Positions 48,599 through 57,752 of a DNA stretch of 64,000 nt are shown in pieces. A model generated the notes under the pieces. That model saw only the letters and a program-made list of their open reading frames with translations. It made no database searches and was not told the DNA's origin. Position 1 is the first letter of the stretch. Each line of letters starts with the position of its first letter. The position numbers and the translations under genes were made by a program. Origin of the DNA: Thermoplasmatota archaeon (lineage in GTDB: Archaea; Thermoplasmatota; Penumbrarchaeia; Penumbrarchaeales; Penumbrarchaeaceae); contig CBDDUX010000038.1 of NCBI GenBank assembly GCA_965234725.1, positions 19,323 through 83,322 of the forward strand, read 5' to 3'.

Positions 48599-49350
48599 GT
48601 GGGTATGTCCTCTATCTTTGTGACCTCAGGGTGTGCCTTAGGGATCCATGGAATTCCTACCTTGCCGTTGCTGTAAAGCCACTTTGTGTCATCCTTCAAA
48701 GAAGGTTCCTTATCATTAACGGATGCAACAGGTCCGGTCCTAATCGGAAATCTCTTTCTTCTTTTCTTGTCGAACATCAACTCATTTAATCTCTTACCTG
48801 GCTTGATATCCTTGATGGCATGATACCGGTTCAATCCTCTGAATCCGTAACAAAGGTCCCAATCACCATGGTAGATGCAGCCTGCGCAGGTCCGGTAAAA
48901 ATAGTAGAGTCTCAAGGTGCCCATAAAACTGATCGATACCATGATCAAGAAAATGAAAAGAAGAATGAATTGCCATCCTGCAGGAATTGTGAGTGCCCAT
49001 ACGATCAACCCAGCCAGTGAAAAGCTTAAAGATACCTTTGCGGCCAGTCGGGTTATCCTGCCTTCTGATCTCATAAGATATTTCATCATATGAAAAAGGC
49101 CGAATAGGACCGATATTCCAATAAGGACCGATTGATGGAAGTATGGTTCAGGTATGTGTCTGTAGGATCTTGTGAGGAGTGTAAAAATGATAAGAATGAG
49201 AGCAAGGGGATATGAAATGGTGCATCCCATGCAGAATCTCCTTCCAAGAATAATATAGGTATCATTGTTGTAGAAAGAGCACAAAGGATGATGAGATCTG
49301 AGGAAGGGAGCCAGAGCTCTGAACACCGATAGGACCTCCCCGAAAACCAT
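48595..49350 (-). CDS. Membrane protein with His/Cys metal-binding motifs (DUF2085-like)
   Basis: SHHPLC...FCMGC, four TMs, CAGC...DLC. Confidence 0.6.
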   Translation of the reverse strand: MVFGEVLSVFRALAPFLRSHHPLCSFYNNDTYIILGRRFCMGCTISYPLALILIIFTLLTRSYRHIPEPYFHQSVLIGISVLFGLFHMMKYLMRSEGRITRLAAKVSLSFSLAGLIVWALTIPAGWQFILLFIFLIMVSISFMGTLRLYYFYRTCAGCIYHGDWDLCYGFRGLNRYHAIKDIKPGKRLNELMFDKKRRKRFPIRTGPVASVNDKEPSLKDDTKWLYSNGKVGIPWIPKAHPEVTKIEDIPT

Positions 49351-49536
49351 GAAGGAGCAGCCCTATCATCTATTTTGAAATTTTTGCATCCTTTTTACAA
49401 GATGTGAGTGAATTGAACTGGACATGATCGATCTTGAAAATATGTTAATGAAAAATGCGAACAATTTAAATATTGATTTCATCAATCAGCTATTGTCTTG
49501 TTCCTATGGACATAGATGATGATCGGGGGACTAAAA

Positions 49537-49770
49537 ATGGTTGATAAGACTGTATTTGGAATATTGGCAATCTTGCTTGGATGGTTAGGTGTTCATAAAT
49601 TCGTGGTGGGCCACACAAAATGGGGCGTAGTGTACCTGCTCATAACTGTTTGTACTGGTGGAGCCCTGGCCTTCATTCCAGGGATCCTCGGACTCATAGC
49701 TGGGATCAAGGTCCTTATCGGAACGGATGAAGAGTACCAGGAATACATCGATAGCGAAGGATTCCTCTGA
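49537..49770 (+). CDS. TM2-domain protein
   Basis: GILAILLGWLGVHKFVVG...GVVYLL. Confidence 0.85.
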   Translation: MVDKTVFGILAILLGWLGVHKFVVGHTKWGVVYLLITVCTGGALAFIPGILGLIAGIKVLIGTDEEYQEYIDSEGFL

Positions 49771-49782
49771 TCCAGAACATAC

Positions 49783-49814
49783 GGGGAGCAGACTATACTG
49801 CTTCCCTTTTTTTT
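49783..49814 (+). terminator. Hairpin + U-tract terminator
   Basis: GGGGAGCAG-ACTATA-CTGCTTCCC followed by TTTTTTTT. Confidence 0.75.
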
Positions 49815-49837
49815 ATTCAATTCATTCCCTAATGACC

Positions 49838-52800
49838 TCATTCCTCAATATCAATTTGGACCTGAGCGGTCACTATCTTTTGTGGAGATGGTTTCTTCTT
49901 TCCTTTAAGAATAAGGAAAATGACAACACTGGTGATAATAAGCAGTAAAATTGTCATTATGGCAATGAACCAGGATTCCGGCTCACCTTCGTTCACCACA
50001 AGGGCCTGATAGAATCCGGAGAAAGCCACCATGATGAATGAACCCGCACCTATCCTGCCTGCATATTTATGGATCTTCATGGTCGGCCTTTTATGTTTCA
50101 TTATCTTGGTGTATTTGAAATATAATCCCAATCCAAGAGCAGTGAAGGACCCAATTATAGCAATGATACCGAACCAGGAATGCAGCACTCTCAGATGATC
50201 CCCGGTTCCGGATTCAACCATGATATAACCCAGGATCAAACCGATCGTTCCCATTATCACTGAGGTCGACATCACATAGATATGGAATTTTAAGAAGAAT
50301 TTCCATTTCTTTCGGTATTGTGAGACCCAGGCAGCTATCATACCTCCTACACCCAGGGTCATGAATATTGCATGGAACGGCCACAATACAACAGGGTCCT
50401 CACTTGAGGTCTCTCCTGATGCGATATCGATAGTTCCATAACCGACTCTTGTATGCATATTACTGAAGGAATCCGAATCACCGACCCCCCAGATTATCTT
50501 GACAGTTCCGTTCCTGGGGATCGGATTATCCTTATCATCACCGGTATCCAGTTTTCGGACTATCTCTATGGTGGTAACACCATTTATCTCCCTTCCTCCG
50601 AATGAATCGATATCATCTGTTCCTCCCTGTTCAGTATCAGCGGGATGGGGGCCGGTTGGTCCTGTTGAATATGCATCAATGACCTTGACTGTTCCGTCTC
50701 CTTCCACCCATCCGAATATCATGTCGGAATCTGACATTGCCGTACTGTAATCGATTCCAATTGAGACCCATCCAGTGGTCTTACCCTGAATGGCCAACCT
50801 TATCGAATCACCTTCCACTTTCCAGTATATGGTGATGATCCCGTCTCCAAATGTACCGTTGAAATCATACTCATCTTCTGATATCATTCCATCCAGATCG
50901 GCTGTTACCGGTGGTTCTTTTCCGCCTGGACCAATGGTTAAAACGGCAAATCCTCTCTTGGAGTGTGTCTCCCCGAAATCGTCGTGCTCTCCATAGGCCC
51001 ACATGATGTTCAGGTTGCCTGCAGTGGGAATATCCTTGTCGTAATCGTCACCAGTGGAGATATTCCTTACGAACTCGATCGTCGTCACACCGTCAATTTC
51101 AGTTCCGTTATACTGAAGGATATCCATTGTTCCTCCAAGATGGGTGTCGGGAGGATGAGGGCCGAATTGACCCGTCGAATACGCATCTATGATATGGACA
51201 GCTCCATTTTCGATCCAACCAAGGACCACATCAGAGTCCATCATGACATCTTCTGGGTCGAACCCTATGGAGATCCATCCAGTGGTCCTGGCTGATATTG
51301 CCATGTGAAGGTCCTGGCCCTCGATCGTCCAGTGTACCTTGAAATTGTCGAAGTCAAAACTGGCAGAATCCTTGTACTCACCAGTTGAGATGATTCCATC
51401 CAATCCTCCCACAGGTTGGGGTTCATCCATGTATAGTAGTAGTGTTCCGGATCCTCTATCTGAATGACTGCTCTCCGGATCATCCGAAGAACCCAATCCC
51501 CAGATGATATTGAGGGATCCGGAAGAGGGGATCTCTTTGTCGTATACATCCTGGGTATCCAATTCTCTTATGAATTCTATTGTTGTGTTCCCTTCTGTCT
51601 GGGTTCCGTTGAATGTGATGATATCATCCGAACCACCAAGGTCCGTATCTAACGGGTGAGGTCCCAGGTTTCCCGTAGAATATGTATCCCAGAGACCTGG
51701 CCCGTCATCATCCACCCATCCGATGAGTAGATCGGCATCTTTCATCATGGTGGTTGGTTCGAATCCAATGGATACCCAGCCTTCGGTCTCACCAACCATT
51801 GCCATCCATATCCTGGTCCCGTTAATGGACCAGTGCAAAACAAAAGAACCTCCTCCGAAGGATGCGGAATCATCATATTCGTCCTCTGAAACGATTCCGT
51901 CCAGTGTGGTATTCCTCAGAGGTGGAGGGGGGGGTGGAGGAGTTGTATTGGTCCCGATCTTCCAGGTAGTTGTTCCTCTCCGTGTATGAAGTGAAGTTGG
52001 ATCGTCCGAATCAGAGACTGCCCAGATGATCGTCATAAGACCTGTTTTGTTGATGCTCTTATCATAAAGGTCTGTTGAGGTCATGTTCCTGAGGAACTCT
52101 ATTGTTGTCCATCCATCCGACTCCGTCACATTGAAATCCAGGATATCATTTGTCCCACCAAGGGTAGTATCTTCAGGATGCGGTCCTTCAGGTCCTGTTG
52201 AAAATTGATCGAAAAGATGGGGATCGCCGTCATGATATCCAAGCATCATATCGCCATCTGCCATCCTGTCGGAAGGATCGATGCCGAGAGATATCCACCC
52301 AGTTGCCTGGGCCCTGATCCCAATTGATATTGTGGTTCCATTTAAGTTCCAATGAAGTTCGAACCTATCTGAGTCGAATATCTTCGAGCTGTTATATTCC
52401 CCTTCAGAGATCATACCATCGAATTCTGAAAAATGTAACGGTGGTGGAGGTGGTGGAGGAGGAACGGTTTCATTGGAGAGGTTCCACATGATCGTCCCTC
52501 TCCTTGTATGGGTGGCCATCGGATCGTCTGATTCAGCAACTGCCCAGATAAGTGGGAAAGCATGATCGGTCCAAATCGTACGATCATTAGAATCGCTGGT
52601 GGAAAGGTTCCTTCTGAACTCGAATGTGGTCCAGCCTCCGGATTCCGTTCCGTTATAGGAGATAATATCGAAAGTTCCACCCAGGTCCTCATCGCGGGAA
52701 TGAGGACCTGTCGCACCCGTTGCGAAATGGTCCTCTGACTTTGCGAGGTTTCCTTCAACCCACCCGAAGATAAGATCCGCATCCAACATTCTATCGGTCG

Positions 52801-54100
52801 GGTCGATCCCGATCGACACATAACCGGAGACCTGTGCCCTGATCCCGATATCTATTGATGTTCCGTTCACTTTCCAGTATAGTTCGAACATGTCGCTGTC
52901 AGTTTTCGTTACGTTCCCATATTCATCCGGATCTATAATACCATCAAAATCAGATTTTGGAGGTGGAGGGGGAGGTGGCGGAGGAGTAGCGTCTACCCTC
53001 CAGGTGCCGTAACCGACCTTTGTATGTTTCGCGGAGATATCATCGGATGTTGAGATGCCCCAGATAATGTTCAGCGGAGTTCCTATCGAAATATCCTTGT
53101 CATTGGGATCTCCAGTTGAAAGCGCTCTCTTGATCTCGAGCGTGGTCCAGCCTCCGGATTCTGTAGCGTTGAAAGCCTTGATGTCGTCTGTTCCTCCGGT
53201 CAGATCGGTGTCAAGGATATGTGATGTTGTGGTCGTTGCATAATGGTCCTCTGCATAGGGACCGAAAGCAGAATATCCACCCATCAGGAAATCCGCACCG
53301 AGCATCATTGTAGTGGGGGATATCCCCAGAGATATCCAACCTGTGGTCAATGCCTTCACACCAATTGTGATATTCGGACCTGTAACATTCCAGTACAAAA
53401 GGAAATTCCCCGAATCATATGAAGTGCTGTTTGAATACTCTCCGTCCGTTATAATTCCGTCAAGTTCATCAGAAGCAGGAGGTGGAGGAGGAGGGGTTCC
53501 ATCCATCATGATAGTGTCGAAATCAGCATCATCGTGTTCTTTTGTCCAGTCATCATCTTCCCTTGTGGCCCATATTATCTTCATCGAGGTCCCGTTGACG
53601 AACTTCTTATCATATGCATCCCCGGTTGACATAGCTCTCTTGAATTCTATGGTGGTCGATCCAGCGGATTCAGTCCCGTCAAATTCATCGATATCGAAGG
53701 TCCCGCCGGTGAAGGTAGTATCTTCAGGATGGTTGCCCTTGTCATCGGTACAAAACGTGTCCTTGATGTGTGGTGTCCCGGTTCCATCAACCCATCCGAA
53801 TATCATGTCTGCATTTGTCATGAGGTTCACAGGATCTAATCCCAGGGAAAGCCAGCCAGTGACTTCCGACCTCATCCCTATGTAGATGTCGGCTCCTGTA
53901 GTGGTCCAGAATATCTCGAATTTCCCCTCATCAATGTTCTTGGAACTCTCATATTCGGATACTCCAATTACACCGTCTATTGTAGGATCCGCTCGGGTTG
54001 GAGCAGACTCTCCAGATGATCCGGTAGGACCAAATGGAATTATGAAGAAAGCTAATGCAATGTAGAGGACCGTGATCAGATGAATACCTTTTAAAGACAA
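49838..54100 (-). CDS. Secreted 7x DOMON (heme b-type) protein fused to a cytochrome b561-like membrane domain
   Basis: Seven repeats DG.I...EY / GW.S.G....M..AD / H..RG with Pro-rich linkers. The C-terminal TMs carry four His (FHAIFM, FHIYVM, LHSWFG, IHKYAG). Confidence 0.88.
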   Translation of the reverse strand: MSLKGIHLITVLYIALAFFIIPFGPTGSSGESAPTRADPTIDGVIGVSEYESSKNIDEGKFEIFWTTTGADIYIGMRSEVTGWLSLGLDPVNLMTNADMIFGWVDGTGTPHIKDTFCTDDKGNHPEDTTFTGGTFDIDEFDGTESAGSTTIEFKRAMSTGDAYDKKFVNGTSMKIIWATREDDDWTKEHDDADFDTIMMDGTPPPPPPASDELDGIITDGEYSNSTSYDSGNFLLYWNVTGPNITIGVKALTTGWISLGISPTTMMLGADFLMGGYSAFGPYAEDHYATTTTSHILDTDLTGGTDDIKAFNATESGGWTTLEIKRALSTGDPNDKDISIGTPLNIIWGISTSDDISAKHTKVGYGTWRVDATPPPPPPPPPKSDFDGIIDPDEYGNVTKTDSDMFELYWKVNGTSIDIGIRAQVSGYVSIGIDPTDRMLDADLIFGWVEGNLAKSEDHFATGATGPHSRDEDLGGTFDIISYNGTESGGWTTFEFRRNLSTSDSNDRTIWTDHAFPLIWAVAESDDPMATHTRRGTIMWNLSNETVPPPPPPPPLHFSEFDGMISEGEYNSSKIFDSDRFELHWNLNGTTISIGIRAQATGWISLGIDPSDRMADGDMMLGYHDGDPHLFDQFSTGPEGPHPEDTTLGGTNDILDFNVTESDGWTTIEFLRNMTSTDLYDKSINKTGLMTIIWAVSDSDDPTSLHTRRGTTTWKIGTNTTPPPPPPPLRNTTLDGIVSEDEYDDSASFGGGSFVLHWSINGTRIWMAMVGETEGWVSIGFEPTTMMKDADLLIGWVDDDGPGLWDTYSTGNLGPHPLDTDLGGSDDIITFNGTQTEGNTTIEFIRELDTQDVYDKEIPSSGSLNIIWGLGSSDDPESSHSDRGSGTLLLYMDEPQPVGGLDGIISTGEYKDSASFDFDNFKVHWTIEGQDLHMAISARTTGWISIGFDPEDVMMDSDVVLGWIENGAVHIIDAYSTGQFGPHPPDTHLGGTMDILQYNGTEIDGVTTIEFVRNISTGDDYDKDIPTAGNLNIMWAYGEHDDFGETHSKRGFAVLTIGPGGKEPPVTADLDGMISEDEYDFNGTFGDGIITIYWKVEGDSIRLAIQGKTTGWVSIGIDYSTAMSDSDMIFGWVEGDGTVKVIDAYSTGPTGPHPADTEQGGTDDIDSFGGREINGVTTIEIVRKLDTGDDKDNPIPRNGTVKIIWGVGDSDSFSNMHTRVGYGTIDIASGETSSEDPVVLWPFHAIFMTLGVGGMIAAWVSQYRKKWKFFLKFHIYVMSTSVIMGTIGLILGYIMVESGTGDHLRVLHSWFGIIAIIGSFTALGLGLYFKYTKIMKHKRPTMKIHKYAGRIGAGSFIMVAFSGFYQALVVNEGEPESWFIAIMTILLLIITSVVIFLILKGKKKPSPQKIVTAQVQIDIEE

Positions 54101-54183
54101 AACGACACCTCGATTTTTCCCAAATAGGATTTATCTTCATTCATTATATGGGTTTTTCTCTTGAAAAAGTGATTTTACAGGCA

Positions 54184-54737
54184 AAGGTGTGACTAAAGGA
54201 GGTTTAAATCAAGATGTAATTTCCTTTAGTCTACAGAGCGGTCCATTCTAACTTTAGTTTAAAAATCGTTGAAATTGAAATTATCCACACAAGGACCGGT
54301 TGGGAGGGGTCTTATCGTAGTATTATTGTCGATATTCAAGATAAGACCCCTGAGATGAAAAACGGTTCTCAGTTTATCTCATCATTTTTCATCGTGTGTA
54401 ATCAATTTGTAGCAGTGAAATCCGTATCAATATATCATTGACGATAGGAGTTCACTGCGGAAGAGGTCCACTCCCCGAATAGGATTATAAAACAATAAGA
54501 GGGGAGTGGACCGGTCGGGAGGAGGGTGAAATGCTTTTCACACGACTTAGGAAAATCGTTTGCGATTTTCTGGTATCTTGACCGCGGGGCAGAGTAATTT
54601 GAGAGTATCTGCCAGGTCAAGGTGTGACTAAAGGAGATTTTAATCTAAATCTAATAACCTTTAGTCTACGGGCCGGTCCATTCTTCGCAATAATTCAATA
54701 GTAATTATAAGAAGAATGGACCGGTCGGGATTTGAAC
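54184..54737. repeat. Structured repeat cluster 1: hairpin modules delimited by tRNA 3'-end fragments at 54293-54305, 54507-54520 and 54717-54737
   Basis: (T)GGACCGGTCGGGA copies, the first with one mismatch; the last extends to the reverse complement of GTTCAAATCCCGACCGGTCCA. The modules recur at 57.75-58.34 kb. Confidence 0.9.
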
Positions 54738-54839
54738 TAAATATGGTTTAGAACTTATTTTTATTCATTTAAGTTATTAAAGAGGTGATCTGTTCGAACC
54801 TACCTTTGCGAATCTCCTGGGATCGATTGTCCACTTATT

Positions 54840-55032
54840 GGGTGGACCAAGAGAAAACTCTGCCGCCCCCGGATGAAGTAGCATTGGAGGAAACCTCTCC
54901 TTTCCGGCCATTGAATTATCCGAATTGGAGAGGCTTCCGCCCGCGAAAAAGGAAATCTTGGACGAAAACCCGGATATGGAACCCGGGAAGGACGAAGAGC
55001 CGGAGATGGAGTATCTGGACCCAGAAGCATAG
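54840..55032 (+). pseudogene. Frameshifted remnant of an acidic Pro-rich C-terminal tail
   Basis: VDQEKTLPPPDEVALEETS, then in another frame FPAIELSELERLPPAKKEILDENPDMEPGKDEEPEMEYLDPEA*. Resembles tails of surface proteins elsewhere in this window. Confidence 0.45.
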
Positions 55033-55041
55033 ATGACCTCT

Positions 55042-57297
55042 CTACCTGTAGACTGTGTAAGGGACAGTGAACGAACCCGCGGTTGTTTGGATGCTCAGCT
55101 CCCCGCTTACGGACTGCGCGGTCATATAACCCGAAGCACCTTCCATAATCCCATAGTCTGAGGATGCGGAAACACTGGATATATAACCCGATACGGATCC
55201 CGAACTGCTGATCAGTCCATTTTTTTCTTGGTAGATCAGATGAGGACAACCCCCGGAACACGTGCTTGTCCAGGAACCTGTGACCTTCAATGTTCCGGTA
55301 ACCTTTCCGTTGTTGTTCACAGTCGCGGTCAACGTGACCGTCCCGGAAACCGTGAAGAGATTATTGTAGGCGACGGTCCCGCACTCGGGACAGTTCTGCG
55401 TCAATGTAAATACCGTATTTCCGGTAAAGGGACCTTGGTAGACCAACTCCTGATCGATCGGAGGTTTCTCGATCTTTCCGACAAAGGACTCGTATACATC
55501 TTTTCCTCCCTCGAAAATGCTCTTGATGGTCCCTTCGGCGTTGGGAATTATCAAGCTCTCCACTTTGGACCGAAAGCAGTTCTCGACCCTGTTGATACCA
55601 TTCTTGATCATATCGACAGTACCGGGGACATTCAGATTGTGCAAGGCGGCACCCAGGCCGATCTCCCCCATGCCGCCCGTTAATGTCACGTACAGAAGGG
55701 CAGCTGTTGGTAACGCCAGAGCAGCGGCCGGCGCCCCGAAAAGCGCGGCGATCCCAATGGCCACGGCAGCAGTACCGCCAATAACCTTGTAGGCCGTATT
55801 GAAGGCCTCTGCCGGTCCTCTCGCGGAATCGCCGAAATAACCCCTGGACGCCATATTCACATTAGATTCTTGACCGTTCGACAGTGCATCGTAATATGCT
55901 TTAAAGCAATCGCCGGACCGCGTTACGGATCGAACGGGACCTTCATCGATAACCGGTGATTCCCAGTCAGTATCCAATTCCGATTGGGCCAACAACATGC
56001 CCATTATCATCCTGTCAACGAAAGCGAGGGAGGACAGGTCAATATCGATATTATCATCACCGATCGTCCCTATTTTGTAGTTATCGGTATATCCCTGGAT
56101 AACGGGGCGAATACCCTCCACCAGGGATTCCAGGTTTGATAATTGAGCATTTACGGCAGAGGTCATCTCCGTGGTCTCCAGGGATGTGCCCTGGACCCCG
56201 TTCCTGTTCTCCCGGGCAAATTCCAAGGCCGCTTCGAGGAAAATGAGGGTCGCCTGGCCGTCGGGCAGCCCGGAATTGGGCAATTCCAGCGCATGGAATC
56301 CGGACAATGTGTTGGATTTCGTGATCTTGCCTCCGGATTCCTTGATCACCTGGATATCGTAACTCCCGGAGGAGAAGCCCCCATCGCTTGTGATCAAGGG
56401 CGGGACCGCGACCGATACAGTCTTTAGGGTAACATCCACCGAAGGCACCTCAATGGAAATACCATGGTCGTCGGTAAAGCATACCAGGATATCGCCGTAT
56501 GTCCCGAAACCCGTCCCCGAAACCGTAAGTATGGCACCGGGTACGCCGGAGTCCATGTCCATCGACGCTATCTCGAACTTGTCCTCGTCTTCAGTTCCAA
56601 ATCCCATGAACAAAAGACCCGCACCCACGATTATTGCGCCAAGGATCAAAAGGACAATTAAGATGGCAATTGCTCCCAGACAAAGGAACGGGGTCGCGGA
56701 CCCCTTCTTCCTGGGTTTTCTTCTTTCTTCCTCCCCGGTAGATGGAAGATGAGGCGCCTTCCAAGTGAACTTATGACCGCAATCGTTGCATTCCCCCCGG
56801 CCGTCGTCCAGGAAATCGATATCCTTGCTATTGCACTTCTTGCATTTGCCAGTTCTTAGAGTCTTCACATGCTCTTCGACCTGCTCAGGCGCCTTGGGCC
56901 TGGAACTCTTTCTTCTTGAAAGGATAATTATGACTATGATCAATACCACGATCAAAACAAGGATCCCGAGCACTATGGCGCAGATGCCGCAGATTGCAAG
57001 ACCGGAAAAAGCAAAGAGACTAAGATTGTTCCCTTCCTCGGGCTTGTTGGTAGCATCCCTGGGACCTGTTCCTGCCTCGTACTCCTCCTGGTTGTCGTAC
57101 CCCTCCCTGTCCGGGTCCTCATAAATTCCTTCTTCAACACCACCGAGATATTGGATCTCCCACAAATCCAGGAGCCCATCCGAATCGGAATCGCCCACAT
57201 TGTCCTGCGCCGATGTTGAAGTAAAGGCGCAGATCAGTATCAAAGTGGATAAGAACAATGCAAAGCTAATAAGGACAGTTCTTCTTTTATTCTTCAC
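55042..57297 (-). CDS. Cargo membrane protein: Ca-binding DxDxDG, TM, Zn ribbon, TM, IPT/TIG-like domain, long hydrophobic segment
   Basis: DSDSDGLLDLWE, CKKC...CNDC, SGVPGAILTVSGTGFG, and a Gly/Ala-rich hydrophobic stretch. Confidence 0.75.
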   Translation of the reverse strand: MKNKRRTVLISFALFLSTLILICAFTSTSAQDNVGDSDSDGLLDLWEIQYLGGVEEGIYEDPDREGYDNQEEYEAGTGPRDATNKPEEGNNLSLFAFSGLAICGICAIVLGILVLIVVLIIVIIILSRRKSSRPKAPEQVEEHVKTLRTGKCKKCNSKDIDFLDDGRGECNDCGHKFTWKAPHLPSTGEEERRKPRKKGSATPFLCLGAIAILIVLLILGAIIVGAGLLFMGFGTEDEDKFEIASMDMDSGVPGAILTVSGTGFGTYGDILVCFTDDHGISIEVPSVDVTLKTVSVAVPPLITSDGGFSSGSYDIQVIKESGGKITKSNTLSGFHALELPNSGLPDGQATLIFLEAALEFARENRNGVQGTSLETTEMTSAVNAQLSNLESLVEGIRPVIQGYTDNYKIGTIGDDNIDIDLSSLAFVDRMIMGMLLAQSELDTDWESPVIDEGPVRSVTRSGDCFKAYYDALSNGQESNVNMASRGYFGDSARGPAEAFNTAYKVIGGTAAVAIGIAALFGAPAAALALPTAALLYVTLTGGMGEIGLGAALHNLNVPGTVDMIKNGINRVENCFRSKVESLIIPNAEGTIKSIFEGGKDVYESFVGKIEKPPIDQELVYQGPFTGNTVFTLTQNCPECGTVAYNNLFTVSGTVTLTATVNNNGKVTGTLKVTGSWTSTCSGGCPHLIYQEKNGLISSSGSVSGYISSVSASSDYGIMEGASGYMTAQSVSGELSIQTTAGSFTVPYTVYR

Positions 57298-57372
57298 CTT
57301 GAGACCTCAAGTATATAGGTTTGTAGTAATATTAAAAACATCTCAATTATAAAGAAAATATTGTTTTATTGG

Positions 57373-57642
57373 CTAATGAATAGCGTTAACTCGATCTTTC
57401 ACGTGCTGATCGAGGGTGAACTGTTTGTTCCCCTTACCGTTCTTCTTCATATATTGACGGGTCCCTCGGCCGAATCCCATCTTCTCACACACAATATATG
57501 AAAAGGATAGAATTTTCTTTCGGAGGTCCTGATTATCAACACGTTCAAGTTTCAGAGTAGGTTGAGATGGATCGAGCGTTTTCCAATTGCCTATAATATG
57601 GTTGGATAATTCTTGAGTTTTCATTTGGATGATATTAATCCA
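57373..57642 (-). pseudogene. cas1: 5'-truncated remnant of a Cas1-solo/casposase gene (C-terminal helices + HTH)
   Basis: WINIIQMKTQELSNHIIG..KTLD...P..KLERVDNQDLRKKILSFSY...KMGFGRGT.QYMKKN...NKQFTL..HVKDR resembles, from memory, the HTH-bearing C-terminus of archaeal stand-alone Cas1/casposases. An in-frame TGA precedes the Trp. Confidence 0.7.
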
Positions 57643-57752
57643 TCACTGGTTTAGACTTAATAATTGGACCAATTGAGTTCTAAACCGGTTTTAGGGCAGA
57701 ACGTAATAATCTTGTTTAATCCAGATATATTGAGAATATTTCTAAATATGAA

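Noticed and set aside
105-57200. Numerous antisense and alternate-frame ORFs in the track (e.g. 105-590, 7866-8519, 18189-18896, 43994-44956)
   Set aside because: They shadow well-supported genes and have no recognisable motifs.
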